Shown: in pieces, positions 10,750-17,452 of the stretch
Layout of the letters: every line of letters starts with the position of its first letter
How positions within the stretch are numbered: position 1 is the first letter of the stretch
NCBI GenBank assembly: GCA_025451275.1
Contig: JANWKR010000040.1
Coordinates: forward strand, 118 to 64,117
Direction of reading: 5' to 3'
From: Steroidobacteraceae bacterium
GTDB taxonomy: Bacteria > Pseudomonadota > Gammaproteobacteria > Steroidobacterales > Steroidobacteraceae
DNA: 64,000 nucleotides
Made by a program: the position numbers and the translations under genes
Notes under the pieces: generated by a model
Told to the model about the DNA's origin: nothing
What the model saw: the letters and a program-made list of their open reading frames with translations, nothing else
Database searches by the model: none

Positions 10750-11988
10750 TCACTTGCTGGCGGTGGCCGTGGTGCCCGGCGCGACCTTGACGGTTTCGCC
10801 ATCGCGCAGGAAGCCGCCGGCGGTGGCCACGACGCGCTCCTTGCCGGTCAGGCCCTGCGCGATGATGACGCCGGTCTCGGTCGTGCCCGACACCTTGACG
10901 GGCCGCCGCTCAACCTTCTCCGAAGCATCGACCACGAGCACGTAGCTGCCGGCGGAGTCGGCCATCACGGCGGTCTGCGGCAGCACCGGCCGCTGTGCCT
11001 TGTTAACCGTGACCTCGGCGCGGGCGAATGCGCCGGGCCGCAGCGCCGGGTCGGGCTTGAGCTGGATGCGGATGTCGCCGAGCCGCGTGGCCGGATCGAT
11101 GATCGCCCCGAGCAGCCGCACGTTGCCGGCAAAGGGCCGCTCGATGCCGGTGAGATAGACCGTCGCCGGTTGTCCGGTCTTCACCTGCGCCAGGTCCTGC
11201 TCGGCGATCTGGCCGCGCATCTCGACCTCGCCGCCGCTCGCGACGCGGAACAGTGCTTCGCCGCCCGGGTTGGCGATCTGGCCCACCTCGGCGCGGCGCG
11301 TCAGCACCGTGCCCTCGACCGGGGCGGTGATGCGCGCGCGCGTGAGCCGCACCTGCGCCTCGGCCAGCTGGGCGGCGACCACCTTGACGTTGGCGGCATC
11401 GGTGACCGCGGTGGCGCGGCGCTTTTCGATGTCTTCGGCAGACAGCGCGCCCGCGGCCTCGACGCCCTGCGCGCGCTTGTACTCGGCCGCGGAGAGGGCG
11501 GCTTGGGCGCGCGCCTGCTCGAGCGCGGCGTCCAGACGGTTCACCTGCTGCACCAGGACTGAGTCGTCGATCTTGGCGAGCACCTGTCCGCGCTTCACGT
11601 GATCGCCGGCCTCGACGTAGACGCCGACGATGCGCCCGGTGTCGCCCTCGTTGGCGATCGGCATGTCGTAGCGCGCCGCAATCGCACCGGTGAAGCTCAC
11701 GCTGGCCGTGACGCCCTGTATCCCCGGCACGATGACGCTCACCAACGGGATGTTGCCGCGGTCGGCGAGCGCGGCGCCCGGCTTGGCACCGCCGGCCATC
11801 AGCTTCCAGGCGAGCGCGGCGATCAGCACGATGGCGACGAGCGCGCCGATGATCCACCAGCGGCGGTTCACCGGGCCCGGTGACGGGGTCATTTTGGTCA
11901 CCATCGCGGGCGTCTCCGCGGCACGGTCGAAGGGTCGGTCGCGGCCAATCCAGGTCACCGGATCGTCCTGCGTTTCGGGGGTGCTCAT
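10750..11988 (-). CDS. RND efflux periplasmic adaptor (membrane fusion protein)
   Basis: About 412 aa from ATG 11988 (MSTPETQDD...). Single N-terminal TM (RRWWIIGALVAIVLIAALAW), a coiled-coil hairpin (QQVNRLDAALEQARAQAALSAAEYKRAQ) and beta-barrel-type C-terminal segments. Immediately upstream of the RND permease. Confidence 0.85.
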   Translation of the reverse strand: MSTPETQDDPVTWIGRDRPFDRAAETPAMVTKMTPSPGPVNRRWWIIGALVAIVLIAALAWKLMAGGAKPGAALADRGNIPLVSVIVPGIQGVTASVSFTGAIAARYDMPIANEGDTGRIVGVYVEAGDHVKRGQVLAKIDDSVLVQQVNRLDAALEQARAQAALSAAEYKRAQGVEAAGALSAEDIEKRRATAVTDAANVKVVAAQLAEAQVRLTRARITAPVEGTVLTRRAEVGQIANPGGEALFRVASGGEVEMRGQIAEQDLAQVKTGQPATVYLTGIERPFAGNVRLLGAIIDPATRLGDIRIQLKPDPALRPGAFARAEVTVNKAQRPVLPQTAVMADSAGSYVLVVDASEKVERRPVKVSGTTETGVIIAQGLTGKERVVATAGGFLRDGETVKVAPGTTATASK

Positions 11989-12560
11989 GATGTGTCCCGG
12001 GTTCGTGGCCACGGAGATTTCCTTAGATTTTCCGACCCTGACAGTGCGCCGATCAGACTCTGACCCGGCAGCCGACCGGGAGTTTAAGACTCTGTGCGCA
12101 GAAACCCACGCCGGACGCGCCAGGGGGACTGCGGCGCTCGACAGGCCGAAAACGGCCACTCGCGCCAGCGATGGAGCCGCAGGGTCGGCTCCGGCAGGTC
12201 TGGTGATCCCCCGGATCTGGGTCCAGGCACCGGTGGCAGTCTCCTCCTGGCCCGGTGCAAGGGCGGGCAGCATAGCAGAGCCCTGCGTTTTGCCGAATCG
12301 CGTCCGTGCGCGGCGGTTAGATGCGCGCCGCAGGCCGCGCGTTTAACAGCACGGGCGCGGAAGAGGCGAATCCGCACGGCGCGGCGTGGTGCCGCAGAGT
12401 CGGCTGCAGGACGAGACAGTCTCCCAGGCCGGGACCTGCGCGGTGGCACCATGCTTTAAATACGCAGCGCGGGCTCGTGCCGGGGGCAGCCGCGACGCTC
12501 GCGCGCTACCCGGACTGACACGGGCTGGTGGCCGGACCGCCGGCGCGAGTCAGAGGAAAT

Positions 12561-12597
12561 TGGTGCCGGGAAGAGGATTCGAAACTGCGCATTACGA
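12561..12597 (-). repeat. Decayed direct copy of the 3' half of tRNA-Thr (putative att remnant)
   Basis: TGGTGCCGGGAAGAGGATTCGAAACT..GCGCATTACGA matches 16880-16931 of the intact tRNA. The first 26 nt match at 24/26, then 7 nt are missing, then 11/11 match. Orientation is the same as the intact gene. Confidence 0.6.
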
Positions 12598-12681
12598 GCG
12601 ACCGGGCGAAGCACTCGACGCTCGAGAAGTTGCTGGCCTCGTACAGATAAGCATGGGCTGCGGTATGCGCAGTGCCCCTTG

Positions 12682-13422
12682 TTACTTCTGGCGGGCTGGC
12701 CGCGAATTCCCCTTGTCAGCTTGTGCTCGGGAATAGGCGTCCTTGACAGTTTTGTAGCATTCGCAGGCAGCTGCTAGGAGGCCTCCTTGGTCGAGGATCG
12801 TGATGGTGCCGCGCCGGTAGGCGATGAGCTTGCGGTCCCGTAGGGCGCACATTGCCACGCTGACGCCCACTCGCCGCACGCCCAGCATGAGCGCAAGAAA
12901 TTCCTGAGTAATGCGAAACTCGTTGGAGTTCACCCGGTCATGGGTCATCAATAACCAACGGGCCATGCGCTGTGTCACCACGTGGAAGCGATTGCACGCC
13001 GCGGTCTGCGCGATCTGGATCATGAGCAAGTGGGTAAAGAGGAACACCTCTTTCTTCAACGCCGCGCTCGTGCTGAAACTGCGGCGAAAGGCCGCTGTTG
13101 TCATCCGCATTGCCGTGCCTTCGCCTTGCACCACCGCCCGAAAAGGCGAGAGGGCGACACCCAACGCCATAGGAATCCCGATCATGCCTTCAGGGCCGAT
13201 GAGTCCGACCTCTGCAGCCCTGTCAGAATTCACGGTAGTCAGCATCGAGACGAAGCAGTCGTTGGGAAAGTACACCTCGCAAATCTGAGACTGCGATTCG
13301 TACAGAGTCTGCCCGAAGGCTAGCTTGACGGGTTCGAGGGCCGGCAGCAGTTTCCGGTAATCCTTGCGGGGCAATGCAGCAAGCAGGCGATTCGGATTCG
13401 AAACTTGTCTTGCGCGAAGCAA
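12682..13422 (-). CDS. Crp/Fnr-family transcriptional regulator (paralogue 1)
   Basis: 246 aa with an apparent TTG start. N-terminus NRLLAALPRKDYRKLLPALEPV, a cNMP-binding-like beta-roll (EVYFPNDCFVSML) and a C-terminal HTH ITQEFLALMLGVRRVGVSVA. Clearly paralogous to the divergent neighbour. Confidence 0.8.
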   Translation of the reverse strand: MLRARQVSNPNRLLAALPRKDYRKLLPALEPVKLAFGQTLYESQSQICEVYFPNDCFVSMLTTVNSDRAAEVGLIGPEGMIGIPMALGVALSPFRAVVQGEGTAMRMTTAAFRRSFSTSAALKKEVFLFTHLLMIQIAQTAACNRFHVVTQRMARWLLMTHDRVNSNEFRITQEFLALMLGVRRVGVSVAMCALRDRKLIAYRRGTITILDQGGLLAAACECYKTVKDAYSRAQADKGNSRPARQK

Positions 13423-13564
13423 TTAAGAACTCCCCAGCGTGCCCGTGTGCAACTCCTTCGGGGAGCCATTCCTCGAGTTTCGAATTATCGTTCGCGGACG
13501 TGATCGAGTCGAAGGCTGATACAGCGTTTTATAAGTATAATTTAGTGTAACAAAAACAATCAAT

Positions 13565-13604
13565 TATGTTCGCCCCCGAACAAAATTGTTCTCTAGCGAA
13601 CATA
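13565..13604. promoter_or_regulatory. Nested palindrome in the divergent Crp-Crp intergenic region (candidate operator)
   Basis: TATGTTCGC-cccc-GAACAA-AA-TTGTTC-tcta-GCGAACATA, with 9-bp outer arms and 6-bp inner arms. Lies 67 nt upstream of ATG 13671. A perfect TATAAT sits at 13536-13541 in a 32% GC stretch. Confidence 0.4.
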
Positions 13605-13670
13605 AGCCTGGGAGGCGCTATCGTCTGGTGCTCTATACTCTGTGGACCGAATACCGCCGTGGTTGACAGC

Positions 13671-14390
13671 ATGCCCGGCTCCCACGAACCGCAGCAAAAC
13701 CACCTGCTAGCTGCGCTATCACCCGCCGAGCGCGAACGAATCTATCCGCACCTGCGGCTCGTCCCGCTGCCGCTGGGCAAAGTCTTGTACGAGTCCGGCG
13801 ACCGACTGCGCCACGTTTATTTTCCGACCGACTCCATCGTGTCTCTACTGTATGTCCTGGTCGACGGGGCGTCGGCAGAAATCTCGGTGGTCGGTAACGA
13901 GGGCCTCATCGGCATCGCGCTGTTCATGGGCGGTGAGACCACCCCGAGTCGGGCCATCGTGCAGAGCGCCGGTCACGCTTACCGCCTGATCGGACAGCGT
14001 CTCAAGGACGAGTTCCACCAAAATGGGCCGGTGCAGCTTCTGCTGCTGCGCTACACGCAGGCTCTGATTACGCAGATGGCCCAGACTGCAGTGTGCAATC
14101 GCCATCACTCGGTGGACCAGCAACTGTGCCGCTGGCTGCTGCTGTCTTTGGATCGCCTGTCGTCCAACCAGTTGAGCATGACACAGGAACTGATTGCCAA
14201 CATGCTTGGGGTGCGCCGTGAAGGCGTCACCGAAGCCGCTGGCAAGCTGGAGAAGCTAGGCGTAATCCGCTACGCACGGGGGCACATCACGGTACTCGAT
14301 CGCCCCCAGCTGGAACGGCTGTGCTGCGAGTGTTACGCCGTGGTCAGGAAGGAAAGCGACCGCCTCCTGCCACGCACGGCGCCTGAGTGA
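13671..14390 (+). CDS. Crp/Fnr-family transcriptional regulator (paralogue 2)
   Basis: About 239 aa from ATG 13671 (MPGSHEPQQNHLLAALSPAERERIYPHL). Has VYFPTDSIVSLL and the HTH MTQELIANMLGVRREGVTEAA. The 35 upstream codons of the track ORF are AT-rich and contain the palindrome. Confidence 0.8.
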   Translation: MPGSHEPQQNHLLAALSPAERERIYPHLRLVPLPLGKVLYESGDRLRHVYFPTDSIVSLLYVLVDGASAEISVVGNEGLIGIALFMGGETTPSRAIVQSAGHAYRLIGQRLKDEFHQNGPVQLLLLRYTQALITQMAQTAVCNRHHSVDQQLCRWLLLSLDRLSSNQLSMTQELIANMLGVRREGVTEAAGKLEKLGVIRYARGHITVLDRPQLERLCCECYAVVRKESDRLLPRTAPE

Positions 14391-14408
14391 GACGATTTGC
14401 GGGGCCAC

Positions 14409-14603
14409 TCAGTTCGCCGGCTTTGTCTCCCGCTTCATGTGCAGCTTCGCCCGGCGCCCACACTGTTCGCACGGAATCCACGCGACCAGGTGTTGACCCT
14501 CCGCCATGTCGTCCGGATTGAACTCATAATCCGGCTGGTCGATGCGCCCGCAGACTTCGCACTCGATCCAGGCGACTAGCGCTGCGGGGCGGCCGGCGTC
14601 CAT
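14409..14603 (-). CDS. Small Zn-ribbon-like protein with an internal duplication
   Basis: 64 aa with two CxxC knuckles in a repeated context (LVAWIECEVCGR ... LVAWIPCEQCGR) and a basic tail. Convergent with Crp paralogue 2. Function unknown. Confidence 0.45.
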   Translation of the reverse strand: MDAGRPAALVAWIECEVCGRIDQPDYEFNPDDMAEGQHLVAWIPCEQCGRRAKLHMKRETKPAN

Positions 14604-15344
14604 CGCGTCGTGTTACCGGCCATCGGATTTGTTGACACGAGAGTAGCGCCAGAAAATCCGCCCTCCCAAGCCGCCGCCGCCGAGCGCCGTACAGGCAAGT
14701 TCTGCGACGCCGCCAGGGAGCTTGGCCAACCGTAGAGGCCAAGCGATAACAGAGCGAATAGAAGGACCGGGCCGACCCAATACCTGGGCGGCATCGGTTT
14801 GTTAGGGCTCTGTGTATCCACCGCGACAGCCTAATACCGCCGCGTGTCGCATGGCTAGGAACATCAAAGAATTGCGCTGATGATGCGGGCGACCGCTGCA
14901 AACAAGATAACGAGGAAGCCAGTTAAACTGATCCAGTCGTCGGTGGCTTTCTCCTTGTAGATCTGCGCCGCTGGCCTTAGTTCTTCGTCGACGATCTCGT
15001 TGCCGCTCTGCAGGACCTTCGCCAGCAGGACGAGCCTAGCTTGGTTGGCGCGCTCTGCCTCCGCGAAATTAACATCGAGTCAAACGCGATGATGCGGGTG
15101 TTTGCGTAGATCGCCATCAGGCCCCTAATGAGACTTGCTGAAATCTGCCTTCGCCAACGGTCAGGACCAGCAGGGCGATAGCAACCTCGACTAAGGTCCA
15201 GACTAGGTGCCAGATCAGACGCCAGCCACGCGCGGTCCACGTTGTGTTTGCTCGTGAGTGGGTACGCGGCCGTTGAGCGCCTTCACCTGCCTGAATGTAC
15301 GGAACCGCACAGAAGGCCGGCAGGAGCAAGCGTAACCTATTGCT

Positions 15345-16472
15345 ATGCTGCACGAATTCCTTACGACCAACCGAGATGCCCTGGTCGAACGGTGTCGACT
15401 CAAGGTCGCGAAGCGGTTGGCACCCAAGGTTACCGATGCGGAGCTGACCCATGGAATACCGGCTTTCCTGGATCAGGTGATTAAGACGCTCCAGGTCGAG
15501 CAGACCGCCGAGCCCCTACGCAGCCGCAGGGTCTCAGGGCCGGCCGGAGGCGCGCCGGCCATGTCCGAGATAGGCACGACTGCGGCGCTGCATGGGCGAG
15601 AGTTATCCATGCAGGGGTTCACAGTTGAACAGGTCGTTCACGACTACGGCGATCTCTGTCAGGCGATAACTGATCTCGCATGTGAACACAGCGCTCCGAT
15701 TGAGATAGACGAGTTTCGAACTCTCAACCGCTGTCTCGACAATGGAATCGCCGATGCAGTGACCGAATACGCGTTTCAGCGGAATTCCCTGGTGGAGGAC
15801 ATCGGTGTAAAGGCCTTGAACGAAAGGCTAGGATTTCTCGCGCACGAACTGAGAAACCATCTCCACGTAGCGACTCTTGCCGTTATTGCCATCCGAGCAG
15901 GCAACGTCGGGGCGGCCGGCGCAACGGGTGCGGTGCTGGACCGCTCCCTGATCGGGATGCGGAGTCTCATAGATCGCTCCCTGGCCGATGTGCGAGTAGC
16001 AGCGGGAATGCTTCCTCGACGCCAACTGGTGTCGCTCGCCGATTTCGTTTCCGACGTAAAGATATCGGCCTCACTCGAGTCAAACTCGCGAGGATGCGTC
16101 TTTACAGCCGGTGCGGTTGACTCGGAGCTTGCGCTCGATGTTGACCGGGAAATGCTCCTTTCCGCAGTTGGAAACCTGCTGCAAAATGGTTTTAAGTTCA
16201 CACTGCCGAACACGGAAGTTCTATTGAGCGCCTACGCCGTCGGCGATCGAATCCGGATTGAGGTCGAAGACCATTGTGGCGGCCTTCCACTTGGTATGGA
16301 CAACCTATTTCCGTCGTTCAAGCAGCGCGGCAAGGACAGGTCCGGCCTTGGACTCGGCCTCTCAATCTGTCGACGCAGCGTTGAGGCGAACAATGGAGTG
16401 CTCAGGGTCCGCGACATCGCGGGCTCAGGCTGTGTTTTCACGATTGACCTGCCCCGGCACACACTGCCGTAA
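15345..16472 (+). CDS. Cytoplasmic sensor histidine kinase (RsbRD-N-like N-terminal domain + HisKA + HATPase_c), orphan
   Basis: 375 aa with no TM segment. H-box FLAHELRNHL, N-box NLLQNGFKF, G-boxes DHCGGLP and GLGLGLSI. The N-terminus MLHEFLTTNRDALVERCRLKV resembles RsbRD_N-type helical sensors. No response regulator in the window. Confidence 0.85.
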   Translation: MLHEFLTTNRDALVERCRLKVAKRLAPKVTDAELTHGIPAFLDQVIKTLQVEQTAEPLRSRRVSGPAGGAPAMSEIGTTAALHGRELSMQGFTVEQVVHDYGDLCQAITDLACEHSAPIEIDEFRTLNRCLDNGIADAVTEYAFQRNSLVEDIGVKALNERLGFLAHELRNHLHVATLAVIAIRAGNVGAAGATGAVLDRSLIGMRSLIDRSLADVRVAAGMLPRRQLVSLADFVSDVKISASLESNSRGCVFTAGAVDSELALDVDREMLLSAVGNLLQNGFKFTLPNTEVLLSAYAVGDRIRIEVEDHCGGLPLGMDNLFPSFKQRGKDRSGLGLGLSICRRSVEANNGVLRVRDIAGSGCVFTIDLPRHTLP

Positions 16473-16879
16473 CACCTCGAAGTCCCGGACGTGGATGCTA
16501 GGCGCGCTCGGTTGTTAACCGACCTGTCACGAGCGTCCTAGCCTATCGTCGCTCCCGCATCGGCGTCACGGCAGCCGACGGACGCAGCTCCGGGCCCGCC
16601 TCCTCGCTCTATCGCGCAGGGTTAGCCGTTTTGAATAGTCGATGCGCGGAGCCGCATCTAGGACGGCTTGCCGGTCGCAGGAAAACCTAGCCCAAGCCTC
16701 AGCCGGCGCGGCTGACCACCCGTGCCGCTGTCGTCGATGTATACGTGGAGCATGTGGGCGCTCTATGGTCTTGGCCGTCCCAGGGCCCAGTTCACGGTTC
16801 TGACGGACTTGCTAATGGACTTGCTCAGGCCCAGCCTGACGCGTTTGCGGCCAAATTCACCTGTAAGTCATTGAGTTAA

Positions 16880-16955
16880 TGGTGCCGGGAATAGGATTCG
16901 AACCTACGACCCGCGCATTACGAATGCGCTGCTCTACCAGCTGAGCTATCCCGGC
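16880..16955 (-). tRNA. tRNA-Thr (anticodon CGU)
   Basis: 76 nt: GCCGGGA-TA-GCTC-AGCTGGTA-GAGC-A-GCGCA-TTCGTAA-TGCGC-GGGTC-GTAGG-TTCGAAT-CCTAT-TCCCGGC-A-CCA. This folds by hand into a full cloverleaf, with anticodon-loop positions 34-36 = CGT. Confidence 0.92.
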
Positions 16956-16979
16956 GCGCGCCATGGAAGGCGCGGCATT

Positions 16980-17393
16980 CTACATTTTTTTGCGCAGGCG
17001 GATCACGAGGTCGATGCCGGCGACCTCGGTGCCCGGAGGCGGCGGCGGCAGGCGGCTGAACTCGACGGACGGCACCGGTACGTCGATGAGCGCGCCGCTC
17101 TCGAGGTCGTGGAAGTGGTAGTGCGGGTCAACGTTGGAGTCGAACCAGGCACGCGAGCCGTCGACCGACAGCTGCCGTATCAGCCCGTGGGCCGCGAACA
17201 GGTTGAGCGTGTTGTAGACCGTCGCCTTCGAGATCCGCGCCCCGGCTGAACGTAGCTGCGCCAGGATCTGTTCGGCGGACAGGTGCTGCGGGGCGGACAA
17301 CAGGAGCGAGGCGATGCGCACGCGCTGCGCGGTCGGACGGATGCCGCAATGGGCCAGTCGCTGCTCGCAGGCTGCCGGGGCTTGGGGCTCCAT
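16980..17393 (-). CDS. Fur-family transcriptional regulator (Cys-poor, Irr-like?)
   Basis: 137 aa from ATG 17393 (MEPQAPAACEQRLAHCGIRPTAQRVRIASLLL...). Winged-helix region ISKATVYNTLNLFAAHGLI and a His cluster DPHYHFHD. No C-terminal CxxC pairs. The rest of the 307-aa track ORF is an out-of-frame extension running into emrB. Confidence 0.75.
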   Translation of the reverse strand: MEPQAPAACEQRLAHCGIRPTAQRVRIASLLLSAPQHLSAEQILAQLRSAGARISKATVYNTLNLFAAHGLIRQLSVDGSRAWFDSNVDPHYHFHDLESGALIDVPVPSVEFSRLPPPPPGTEVAGIDLVIRLRKKM

Positions 17394-17452
17394 GATCGCG
17401 GCATTATAGGGGCAAGTCGCCGCGGATTCCGCTCTTTTGGGGTCCGGCGCGG

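Larger units (their letters stand above)
12561..16879. mobile_element. Degenerate tRNA-Thr-associated genomic islet (no integrase retained)
   Basis: Bounded by the 3' end of tRNA-Thr (16880) and the partial tRNA copy (12561-12597). GC hand counts: 19/60 at 13501-13560 and 31/60 at 15601-15660, against 44/60 at 20401-20460. Cargo is regulatory genes plus broken ORFs. Confidence 0.5.

Noticed and set aside
7665-10790. Plus-strand ORFs of 499 aa and 533 aa inside the RND gene; likewise 17456-19027, 19009-20250, 23219-25105, 25039-26340, 45701-47017, 48243-49616, 51045-52337 and 60198-61997
   Set aside because: All lie opposite genes with strong family motifs. All are His/Arg/Asp/Gly-rich shadows without motifs of their own.
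12084-12518. ORFs of 65-122 aa on both strands upstream of the RND operon
   Set aside because: The translations are Arg/Pro/Ala-rich with no motifs or plausible starts. They are treated as non-coding, and the region is flagged separately as unexplained.
14524-14901. 125-aa minus-strand ORF in the islet
   Set aside because: It is Arg-rich (RRRRTCLYGARRRRLGR), overlaps the Zn-ribbon and small-TM ORFs in other frames, and has no motif. It is judged non-coding.
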